This document shows, in pieces, positions 16,798 to 24,817 of a stretch of 45,854 nucleotides of DNA. Each line of letters begins with the position of its first letter. Position 1 is the first letter of the stretch. Below the pieces are notes generated by a model, which made no database searches, had not been told where the DNA came from, and saw only the letters and a program-made list of their open reading frames with translations. The stretch is from a virus: the IMG/VR virus record IMGVR_UViG_3300045988_140252. The stretch is one strand, 5' to 3'. Both the position numbers and the translations under genes were made by a program.

Positions 16798-17481
16798 ATG
16801 AAAAAAATATTTTTAGTTATTGTATTGGCTGTATTGGCAACGACAGCTGCTGAAGCTCAACTTCAAAACACCGTATTTAAAGCTAAAGTCTTTATTAGCG
16901 ATAAACAAACTTCCATTGGTGAACACGATACAGAAATATTTAGCTATCCTGTATCTGATAGAAAAATAGAAATAGACAGTATTCATGGATTGGCGAGAAT
17001 AGAACTACCAACAGGAACTAAGTTACGTAGAGTTATAAAATTTGTTGAACACTCTTATGAATCTTTCGGTAAAGTATATAACGGGTATTATCAAACAAAT
17101 GCAAATGAAAAGATATATATTCGTGAAAATGAAATAGGATTTCATGCTTTTTCGACACTTGGTATGTTTTTTACTTTTCATTTAAAGGGAACGAAAGAAA
17201 GAAACGATGTGGAAGAGAAAGAAGAGGCAGAGAAAATGAATTACGGGAATATCTTAAATATGTATGGTTTTCATGATGCTACATGCTATAAATATAGAAA
17301 GATTGAAAAAGGAATAAATAAAATGACTGTTAAGTATATTCTTGAGGAAGAAAAACCTCTTTTTGAAGAAGTATTTATAAAGGGAGATTCTGTAATAGAT
17401 ATTTCGGTTTATAAAGAGTGTTTTATAAGATACTCGGATTTAAAGGTTAGTAATTATATAAAATTAAATATTAAGAAATAA
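16798..17481 (+). CDS. Secreted protein of unknown function (moron)
   Basis: 227 aa. Cleavable-type signal peptide: MKKIFLVIVLAVLATTAAEAQ. Confidence 0.65.
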   Translation: MKKIFLVIVLAVLATTAAEAQLQNTVFKAKVFISDKQTSIGEHDTEIFSYPVSDRKIEIDSIHGLARIELPTGTKLRRVIKFVEHSYESFGKVYNGYYQTNANEKIYIRENEIGFHAFSTLGMFFTFHLKGTKERNDVEEKEEAEKMNYGNILNMYGFHDATCYKYRKIEKGINKMTVKYILEEEKPLFEEVFIKGDSVIDISVYKECFIRYSDLKVSNYIKLNIKK

Positions 17482-17496
17482 GAGAATAATCATTTA

Positions 17497-17533
17497 TGTA
17501 ACGCTCGCCAATTTCGGTGGGCGTTTTTGTTAC
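17497..17533 (+). terminator. Second copy of the TGTAACGCT-hairpin-GCGTTTTTGTTAC module
   Basis: TGTAACGCT (17497-17505), a short CGCC/GGCG hairpin, then a T-run and GTTAC. Confidence 0.45.
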
Positions 17534-17855
17534 AAAGTAACGAATCGTATTGTCGAGAAATTTTCTTTTTCTGATAAACTTTTATTAACGTTTTTTTTTT
17601 TTTGTTCAGATTTTAATGCCGACATTTGCCCATGCCAAAAATACTACTGTTATGCAGTCCGGTGAGTCTCGGTTATTGGCTCGAATAAACAACGGGCTTT
17701 TTTTATGCCCGACAAATGCTTGTTTAATATAAGGTGGTTGCCTTTCCCTAAACTATATAACCCGATCTTCGGACGGTTTGCGGTAGTGTTTTTGGCGAAA
17801 CAGGGAAATGGCTTCCGCCTTTTTCTTTTTTTAATAGACCAAAAACACTATCGTT

Positions 17856-18107
17856 ATGAAAAAAGAATTTCAAACCGGTACAAGCTATGTACCTTCGTTT
17901 CGTACTGGTAGTACGGACGTAAACACGATCCAACATCGTTATTTTCAGGAATTGGAAAAAGATTGTTCCGTAAACTCGGCTTCCGATGCTTATTATTTAT
18001 CTGCTATTGCCTGGTTCTGTCTAACCTTTATCTTTCCGCCGGCTGTTATCGGTGCAGTTATATGTGTGTGTCGTGCCAAGAAAGCGAGGAAAGGAGGCCG
18101 AAAATGA
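17856..18107 (+). CDS. Small protein with a C-terminal transmembrane anchor
   Basis: 83 aa. The hydrophobic segment AIAWFCLTFIFPPAVIGAVICV is followed by a basic tail. It is the first of four overlapping genes. Confidence 0.55.
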   Translation: MKKEFQTGTSYVPSFRTGSTDVNTIQHRYFQELEKDCSVNSASDAYYLSAIAWFCLTFIFPPAVIGAVICVCRAKKARKGGRK

Positions 18108-18454
18108 CATCTTATTTTATAGAGCTTAACGAATATAAGCCACAGAATCGAAAATGTGCTGAAATGGCAGAGTTTGCAAACCAGTTTGGTAATACGCTTT
18201 GCCCTGATAAAATTTCCTTCGATGCTTTTAAAACTGAACTGGAAGCAAAGGTAAAGGAGCTGAACGAGAAATACCCTAAAACAATGCCGCTGAAGATATC
18301 TTCCGGTAGCGGGTTTATTCATATAGACCAGGACACTAAAACACATAATAACGGCTGTGACAAGCCGGTAGCCTGTTTTTTTATTTACCGGGTTAAAAGA
18401 ATATATAGGTTTTCAGAGCGTCCCCAGATAGAGAAGAAAGGAGGTGCCGAATGA
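18104..18454 (+). CDS. Hypothetical protein (start trimmed to the SD-preceded ATG)
   Basis: AAGGAGG lies 7 nt upstream of the ATG at 18104, which overlaps the upstream stop (ATGA). The track ORF 17963-18454 starts inside the upstream gene. Confidence 0.6.
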   Translation: MTSYFIELNEYKPQNRKCAEMAEFANQFGNTLCPDKISFDAFKTELEAKVKELNEKYPKTMPLKISSGSGFIHIDQDTKTHNNGCDKPVACFFIYRVKRIYRFSERPQIEKKGGAE

Positions 18455-18807
18455 TATATACTGAATATCAGCAAGTGTTACTTACCCAATTACAAAACAA
18501 TGATAAAATAATTGAGGAAATAAAGAAGGAACAGGAAGAAATACAGGGGATGTTTCTACAAGAAAGTAAATTTAAACCGGGTGATCTGGTACAGGTTGAT
18601 TATAAAATAAGTAATGCTACTTTTAAAGTTCGTGGCTGGATTTTCCGGATTACATTCTGGAGGAATCGCCCGTATTATCACCTGAATTTACCCAAGAAAG
18701 ACGGTTCCCGCGGATTAAGGGTTAAAAGTATATGCGACGGGGTACTGGAAAGTATAACAAGTATTTCACATATTAAATTAGAAGACTTAAAAGGAGGTAC
18801 CAAATGA
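18451..18807 (+). CDS. Hypothetical protein
   Basis: 118 aa. AAAGGAGG precedes the start, and the start overlaps the upstream stop (ATGA). Confidence 0.6.
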   Translation: MIYTEYQQVLLTQLQNNDKIIEEIKKEQEEIQGMFLQESKFKPGDLVQVDYKISNATFKVRGWIFRITFWRNRPYYHLNLPKKDGSRGLRVKSICDGVLESITSISHIKLEDLKGGTK

Positions 18808-19178
18808 ATACAAATAATCCTGATATCCTATTTTTCGTTAGACGTGAATACGGTGCGCCTTCCATTGAATTAAGAGCATACAAGGTGGGGAAGGTTAACA
18901 ATGAGTTTGCTTTCCTCGAACTTGAACGTTTACGGTTGGTTGTTTACTCCGGTGATTTTCAGTCTGTATTACTTCATCACGAGTACGGCAAAAACAACTG
19001 TATGTATAATAGTGCTAATAATATACCGGATTTGATGAAAGACATGAAGAAGTGGCAGTTATCGCCCATTGACAGACGTAATTATGAACGGTTTAGAAAA
19101 GTCGCCCTCGGGATATACCGGCAGGCCGGAATAATTGATTTCACTACCTTAGAGACTACACCGATTAAAAACGTTTAA
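18804..19178 (+). CDS. Hypothetical protein
   Basis: 124 aa. AAAGGAGG precedes the start, and the start overlaps the upstream stop (ATGA). Confidence 0.6.
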   Translation: MNTNNPDILFFVRREYGAPSIELRAYKVGKVNNEFAFLELERLRLVVYSGDFQSVLLHHEYGKNNCMYNSANNIPDLMKDMKKWQLSPIDRRNYERFRKVALGIYRQAGIIDFTTLETTPIKNV

Positions 19179-19191
19179 AGAAAGATTTGTT

Positions 19192-19425
19192 ATGAAAGAC
19201 ATAGAAGTAAACGGCGCACATATAACAGATGAAAGTGCCGAAATATTGAAGCAGTGGCAAGTTAAGACGGAGCCGGTTTCCGCTTGTTACATACGAGTAA
19301 TAGAGGAAACGATCGACGATTTGACCGATGAAGGGGGCGAACCTCTTTCCGCTGAAAAAATAGTAGAAAGAATCAGAACTTTACGTATGATGAAAAAAGA
19401 CATCGAAAAGCTGTCTAATCCTTAA
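19192..19425 (+). CDS. Small acidic hypothetical protein
   Basis: 77-aa ORF, the last gene before a strong terminator. Confidence 0.55.
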   Translation: MKDIEVNGAHITDESAEILKQWQVKTEPVSACYIRVIEETIDDLTDEGGEPLSAEKIVERIRTLRMMKKDIEKLSNP

Positions 19426-19493
19426 TATTAATAATTTAGCATACCGGCTGAAAAGGCAGCCGTTGGGTTTAAGTCCCAGGTTAGGGTTTGTTT

Positions 19494-19523
19494 GTGCCGG
19501 GGTGGTTCCCGGCACTCTTTTTT
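19494..19523 (+). terminator. Strong rho-independent terminator
   Basis: GTGCCGGG (19494-19501) pairs with CCCGGCAC (19508-19515), followed by TCTTTTTT. Confidence 0.8.
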
Positions 19524-19581
19524 ATGTCCTTTTTGTCCGTGTCCGTTCTTCCCACCTTTGCAGTAACCAATCATTCAAATT

Positions 19582-19809
19582 ATGAAAATAGGAACGGACA
19601 AATGGAAGCATTTCGGGATTAATTACGCTATATGTGCCCTGTTGGGTGATTATGGTGTTCCCTTTGCCCTGGGTGCTTCATTGGGTAAGGAATACGGGGA
19701 TAAAATGTCACCCGGTAATAAATGGGACTGGAAGGATATTCTGGCAGACCTGGCCGGGATCGTGGCGGGCTATTTGACGCATGTATGTACCGTCTGGACC
19801 ATAATGTAA
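19582..19809 (+). CDS. Small membrane protein (holin-like candidate)
   Basis: 75 aa with hydrophobic segments INYAICALLGDYGVPFALGA and LADLAGIVAGYL. Confidence 0.4.
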   Translation: MKIGTDKWKHFGINYAICALLGDYGVPFALGASLGKEYGDKMSPGNKWDWKDILADLAGIVAGYLTHVCTVWTIM

Positions 19810-19828
19810 AATTTTCAACTCTATCAAT

Positions 19829-20197
19829 ATGACGGAAACGATAATTACAGCGATTATTACGGCTCTTTGTACGGGTGGACTGACCTGGTTATTCACTCTC
19901 CGATATACCCGTAAACAGGCGGAAGCTGATGCCATGAAGTCAGTACAAGAGGTTTACCAGGAACTAATCGAGGATATGAAGAATGACCGTAAGGAGCTAA
20001 AGAACGCGTACCAGGAACAGAAAAAACGGTTTGACGAAGTGGACAACAAGTACAAGGAAGTCCTGCAGAAATGTAACGAAATGGAAAAGGCAATCAAGCA
20101 GAACGCCCGTGTAATGGACACTATGAAGCCGTTTCTTTGCGGTGTGAAGAATTGCCCGAACCGTAAATCTATCACTTTTGACACTAATAATAATTAA
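19829..20197 (+). CDS. N-terminally anchored coiled-coil protein (i-spanin-like architecture)
   Basis: 122 aa. An N-terminal TM segment (IITAIITALCTGGLTWLF) is followed by a charged coiled coil. Confidence 0.4.
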   Translation: MTETIITAIITALCTGGLTWLFTLRYTRKQAEADAMKSVQEVYQELIEDMKNDRKELKNAYQEQKKRFDEVDNKYKEVLQKCNEMEKAIKQNARVMDTMKPFLCGVKNCPNRKSITFDTNNN

Positions 20198-20210
20198 CGA
20201 CTTAATAAAC

Positions 20211-20732
20211 ATGAGACATGGAATCGTACACCTACTTATTTTTATTTGTTTTGCAGCTTGTTTTTACGGTTGTCGTTCTTCTCGCTCTGTTACACGAAAA
20301 ACGGTTACAGAAGCAACTGGAGAAGAAAAACAAACAACTACTGACGGAGTTATTGAACTTGCGCGGAGAGATTCAAGCAATGAGGAGCACGTACTTGACG
20401 TTTACCGGGAAGATAGTACGCATATCCGTATCAACTACGACAGCCTCGGAAGAATTAAAGAAATTGATTTCAGCAACCGAAAAACTGAAAAAAGAACTGG
20501 AAAGAATCAAAGCAGTTCCTTCCAGGATCATAAGGAAACTACCAGTCAAGCGGAAACAGTCGTTACCCGTAAATCCGACGTTAAGCAACAAAGCCAGGAA
20601 AAAGAAAAGGTTACAAACGGGTGTAGCTTATGGACGTTCCTAAAATTCATGTTTTTCTTTCTATCCTTTTGCCTGGTCCATGATAACTGGGGCAGGATTA
20701 AAAGTTTTATCCGCCGGCTATGGAAAAAATAA
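20211..20732 (+). CDS. Lipoprotein with a C-terminal transmembrane segment (u-spanin-like architecture)
   Basis: The internal Met at 20211 gives MRHGIVHLLIFICFAACFYGC, a lipobox. The C-terminal hydrophobic segment is LWTFLKFMFFFLSFCLV. Confidence 0.4.
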   Translation: MRHGIVHLLIFICFAACFYGCRSSRSVTRKTVTEATGEEKQTTTDGVIELARRDSSNEEHVLDVYREDSTHIRINYDSLGRIKEIDFSNRKTEKRTGKNQSSSFQDHKETTSQAETVVTRKSDVKQQSQEKEKVTNGCSLWTFLKFMFFFLSFCLVHDNWGRIKSFIRRLWKK

Positions 20733-20998
20733 ACCTTTATGTAGCGGTAGAACAGATGAAACGGATTACCATTTCCGGGGGAACCTTTTCTATCAAGTTC
20801 CGGAAATGGAACCGGCAGACACGGGACGGCGGCGACATGGTGATACTCACGGCCGCCCGTTTGAGGAAAAAGGCGACGGATGAAAGCATCGAAAATTCAA
20901 GCTATAAACTATTCCTGACGGACACCACAACGGGCCGGCCGCTGAATTGCTGGGAATGTCTGGTAATGGAGTTCAACGGGAAAAGAATAACGATTTAA
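20720..20998 (+). CDS. Hypothetical protein
   Basis: 92-aa ORF immediately upstream of the portal candidate. Confidence 0.5.
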   Translation: MEKINLYVAVEQMKRITISGGTFSIKFRKWNRQTRDGGDMVILTAARLRKKATDESIENSSYKLFLTDTTTGRPLNCWECLVMEFNGKRITI

Positions 20999-21002
20999 GA
21001 TT

Positions 21003-22367
21003 ATGGAAATAAGACGAAGTGGCAACTTTGGAATTATAGATACCGGCACTGACAAGGGTTTGATCTCCTTTTCTATCGGTGGCCGCGGTAAAGGTTGGGA
21101 ACCTTCCAGCATCCAGTTAAACCGGCGGGGGGCTTTCTTTTCACGTAAGATCAGCGTAAACGGTACCTTTATCGTTCCCATGGGTGACAATAACGACATG
21201 CCGGGCGAGGTCATGCGTTTACTGGATAAATTCTACGCCGGTGAAGGTATTATGGGTAAAATAGCCGGTTTGCAATGGGGAGAAGGCCCACGGCTGTATG
21301 AGGATGCAATCGACGAAGAGAATAACCGTTTTTACCGGCGTTGGAAACTCGATCCGGAAATAACCGCCGACCTGGAGTCGTGGGATTACACGACGGTTCT
21401 TCACCGCTCACTCGTAGACTTAACACACATGCAGGGCTTTTTTATAAAGTTTGTCCGGAACCGTGCGCCACGTGTGGGCAATCCCGGGCGTTTGGTACGG
21501 CTGGAACATATTCCCTACCAGAAGGCCCGCCTGGTATATCCTCCCGACGGTGAGGATGAACCGCAGGAAGTACTTGTGGGCGACTTTCCTTATCCTGATC
21601 CGGCTTATACTTATCGTTACCCAGTCTTTGATCCGGCCCACCCGTTCAAATATCCGGTTTCCGTGAAATACTATAATATCTATTCCTTTTGCAAGGATTT
21701 CATGAGTACACCGCGTTTTCTGGGTGCGCTTGACTGGCTGGAGCTTGCCGGCGGTCTGGCCGCTATCCTGATCGCCTATAACGAAAACGCTTCGGCCATT
21801 TCCCTGCATATCGAATCGCCGCAGTCTTACTGGGACCGCGCGGAAGCACGTATAAAACAGGTTTGCGAGCGTACGGGCGAGAAATACACGGCCCAGATGC
21901 TGGAAGATTTCAAGGACGAAGCTATGGAGAAATTCGCCTCCAACATTACCGGAAGGCAGAACGCCGGGAAATACATGCACACGACCAAATTCTGGAATCC
22001 GGAAGCGAATAACTTTGAGGGCTGGACGGTGGAACCACTGGATAAGAAGATAAAGGATTATGTGGACGCCCAGATTAAGATATCCAATAAGGCGGACGCT
22101 GCCGCCACTTCCGGCTTCGGTCTTGATCCGGTACTTTCAAACCTGATTATAGAAAACAAGCTTTCTTCCGGATCGGAGAAATTATACAGCCTGAAAGTGT
22201 ATAACGCTTCCGAAACGGCTATTCCGGACATGATCCTTTGTAAACCGTTACAGCAGTATATTAATGCCAACTTTCCGGGTACCGTAACGAAAGTAGGGCT
22301 TTATCGTACCATAGTGGAAGCGGAACAGAACGTTTCACCCTCTAACCGTATGAAAGAAAATGCGTAG
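21003..22367 (+). CDS. Portal protein candidate
   Basis: 454 aa. It is the only unassigned protein of portal size and heads the downstream morphogenesis block. No diagnostic motif was verified. Confidence 0.45.
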   Translation: MEIRRSGNFGIIDTGTDKGLISFSIGGRGKGWEPSSIQLNRRGAFFSRKISVNGTFIVPMGDNNDMPGEVMRLLDKFYAGEGIMGKIAGLQWGEGPRLYEDAIDEENNRFYRRWKLDPEITADLESWDYTTVLHRSLVDLTHMQGFFIKFVRNRAPRVGNPGRLVRLEHIPYQKARLVYPPDGEDEPQEVLVGDFPYPDPAYTYRYPVFDPAHPFKYPVSVKYYNIYSFCKDFMSTPRFLGALDWLELAGGLAAILIAYNENASAISLHIESPQSYWDRAEARIKQVCERTGEKYTAQMLEDFKDEAMEKFASNITGRQNAGKYMHTTKFWNPEANNFEGWTVEPLDKKIKDYVDAQIKISNKADAAATSGFGLDPVLSNLIIENKLSSGSEKLYSLKVYNASETAIPDMILCKPLQQYINANFPGTVTKVGLYRTIVEAEQNVSPSNRMKENA

Positions 22368-23061
22368 TCTGTTTTTCACACCGAAACCGGAAGATGTGCC
22401 GGAAGAACCGGTAAGCGACCGGCAACCGAAAGAGAACCGGGGCGATAGCACCCCGGACAAGCATATAAAGGCACGCCGGACGAAAAACGTTCATTTTGAC
22501 CGGCGGATAAAATCGGAACTGCACCTGGAAGAGTGTTTGCCCTGGCATTTTGAGAAAGGGGCGTCTTATCACTGTATCAGTCATGGGGACGTTGACAGCC
22601 TTACTTATCTTCGTGTGATCGTGAAGCAGCAGCCGGTGGAATATGTTCTGATTTCTACCTGGTGTATGGCAATTACCGATGTTAAGGAGGTGGAGAAATG
22701 GCTGGAGAGAAAAGACATAGGGTGCGCGGATTTTTATGTAGGTGAAATCTTTCAAGGTTCCTACGCGGATGTTTATTTATACCTAAAGAAGGTGGCGGAA
22801 CGTTTCGGATCACGTGTCTGTATTTTCCGTAACCATGCTAAAGTAATGGCCGGTTTTGGTAACGCTTTTGATTTTGTAATAGAAAGCTCGGCCAATATAA
22901 ACACCAATCCTCGCACGGAGCAGACCTGTATAACGATAGATACCGGGCTGGCCCGTTTTTATAAGGAGTTCTACGATGAAATAAACAATTTCACAAAGGA
23001 TTTTGATAATTGGAAACCATATACACTAAAAAGAGACCGAGCAAATGACGAAGTTATTTAA
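22360..23061 (+). CDS. Hypothetical protein with a single HxK...SxN (PLD/HKD-like) motif
   Basis: 233 aa. The segment NHAKVMAGFGNAFDFVIESSANINTNPRTEQ loosely resembles an HKD motif. The canonical Asp is not in place. Confidence 0.25.
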   Translation: MRSLFFTPKPEDVPEEPVSDRQPKENRGDSTPDKHIKARRTKNVHFDRRIKSELHLEECLPWHFEKGASYHCISHGDVDSLTYLRVIVKQQPVEYVLISTWCMAITDVKEVEKWLERKDIGCADFYVGEIFQGSYADVYLYLKKVAERFGSRVCIFRNHAKVMAGFGNAFDFVIESSANINTNPRTEQTCITIDTGLARFYKEFYDEINNFTKDFDNWKPYTLKRDRANDEVI

Positions 23062-23995
23062 TAAAGGCGGTGACGGTGCCGGTGAAATAGTCCGTGTTCT
23101 GGGATTGATCGATAATGATCTTGATTTTACCAAGTGGGAACCTATCTTACCGCTGGGTATTCGGGATTTACAGGCTATCATCGGAACGGAACCCATAGAC
23201 GCGGTAGATAAGTATTACCGTGAAGATCATGCGGACGTTACGGAACCGGACGGCATGGCGGAAACTTTGCGGCTGATGCAGCAGGCGGTGGCAATGTTTA
23301 CCTGGTTAAAGGTTATTCCCACTTTGGACGCACAACACGGAACGGCCGGACGTGGCAAACACTTGGGAGAGAATGAAACGGGCATGACCGCCTTACAGGA
23401 GTTCAAGGATGAAGAGAATATCCGGAACCTGGCTTATGAAGCCGTAGACGCGTTGGTGGAGTTAATGGACCGCGAAAAATTTGATTTCTGGATGAACGGC
23501 ATTAAGAAAAAGGCTATAAACCGGCTTCTAATCCAGAATAAGGAAACGTTTGATGAATATTACAATATCGGCAGTCACCGGCTTTTCCTGGTGCTTATTC
23601 CTATGATCCGGGAAGTCCAGGACGGGCAGATAATACCTGTTATCACCCGGAACCGTTATAACAAACTGATTGAAGGCGATACCGTTTTAACGGAGAAATT
23701 GCTGGAGTATGTACGCCGCCCGCTTGCACTTCTCACCATAAAAAAGGCCGTTGAACGTTTACCGGTGGAAGTTCTGCCCTGTGGAATCGTACAGGTACAG
23801 CAGAGTACAACCGTACGGGATAAATTGCGGGCGGAAAAAGAGGCCCGGCAATCGGTTGCTAACAGTCTGGAGCAGGACGCGGCGGCTTACCTGGATGTAT
23901 TGCAGGATATCATCAGGGAACTGGATGCGCAGTCGGAAACGGTGGATTACTATATACCGGGTGTTACCGTACAATCCAAAGGAATAACCTTTTAA
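23045..23995 (+). CDS. Hypothetical, predominantly helical morphogenesis protein
   Basis: 316-aa ORF in the head/tail accessory block. Confidence 0.5.
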   Translation: MTKLFNKGGDGAGEIVRVLGLIDNDLDFTKWEPILPLGIRDLQAIIGTEPIDAVDKYYREDHADVTEPDGMAETLRLMQQAVAMFTWLKVIPTLDAQHGTAGRGKHLGENETGMTALQEFKDEENIRNLAYEAVDALVELMDREKFDFWMNGIKKKAINRLLIQNKETFDEYYNIGSHRLFLVLIPMIREVQDGQIIPVITRNRYNKLIEGDTVLTEKLLEYVRRPLALLTIKKAVERLPVEVLPCGIVQVQQSTTVRDKLRAEKEARQSVANSLEQDAAAYLDVLQDIIRELDAQSETVDYYIPGVTVQSKGITF

Positions 23996-24004
23996 TGTCC
24001 GGAC

Positions 24005-24817
24005 ATGGAGAAGTTTACATATAATAGTAAGACGGCGGAGGTTCCTTCCTGCCTGGATGAAGTCAGCAGTGAGCAGTACCGGCAGTTTCTTATATTGTCG
24101 GTACTGATGAACCGCGGTACGATCAGCCCCGGACAGTTCCGCGTAAAATGGCTTTCTTACCTTCTGGGTATGAAAGCGGATTACACCATGTACCGGCGTG
24201 AGATCATCCGGGAGCTGGACGGGCAACTGGAAAAGCTGGACGGCTTTTTCTCTTATACAACCGGTAAGGAGGGCGAGCGGATCGTTACGCCCATTCTGAA
24301 AACCGGTCGTAACCTGATGCAGGATTTCGGGGGTTGGCATGGTGTCGGTGACATGCTGAACGGTCTTACTTTCGGTAACTTTTGTGATTGCCTGGATTTG
24401 TTGCAGCAAAGCAAGCAGGCGGCAGCAGAAAAAGACGATCCGGCTATAAATGAAATCTTCCAGGATATCACGTTAAAGCTTTACCGGTACAAGGACCCGG
24501 AGAAGATGCCGGCCGTTCCTTCCTTGCTTGCCATTCATGCGGTAAATTTCTTTTCCGCCGTTTGGGAAATGGTTCTTTCCGGACCGGTTTATATCGGTGG
24601 TGAAGCTATCGACTTTCGGATATTGTTTCAGAAGCTGGCATCCGAGGACCGGAAGGCGGACGATAAAACCGGCTGGACCGGAATAGTCTTTGAAGTGGCG
24701 GCTTCCGGTGTGTTTGGAAATAAGAAGGAGGTGGACGATACGCCCTTTTGGGATGTATTGCTTTACCTGTATAAATGTAAGTTTGAGTATTTGCACCAAA
24801 AACGTAACAAGAAATGA
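24005..24817 (+). CDS. Hypothetical protein
   Basis: 270-aa ORF whose stop overlaps the endolysin start (ATGA). Confidence 0.5.
   Translation: MEKFTYNSKTAEVPSCLDEVSSEQYRQFLILSVLMNRGTISPGQFRVKWLSYLLGMKADYTMYRREIIRELDGQLEKLDGFFSYTTGKEGERIVTPILKTGRNLMQDFGGWHGVGDMLNGLTFGNFCDCLDLLQQSKQAAAEKDDPAINEIFQDITLKLYRYKDPEKMPAVPSLLAIHAVNFFSAVWEMVLSGPVYIGGEAIDFRILFQKLASEDRKADDKTGWTGIVFEVAASGVFGNKKEVDDTPFWDVLLYLYKCKFEYLHQKRNKK

Noticed and set aside
17705-17936. ORFs 17705-17911(+) and 17748-17936(-) in the gap before the SD-coupled operon.
   Set aside because: They overlap each other and the start of the 17856 gene, have odd composition and lack any start context. The region is more likely regulatory.
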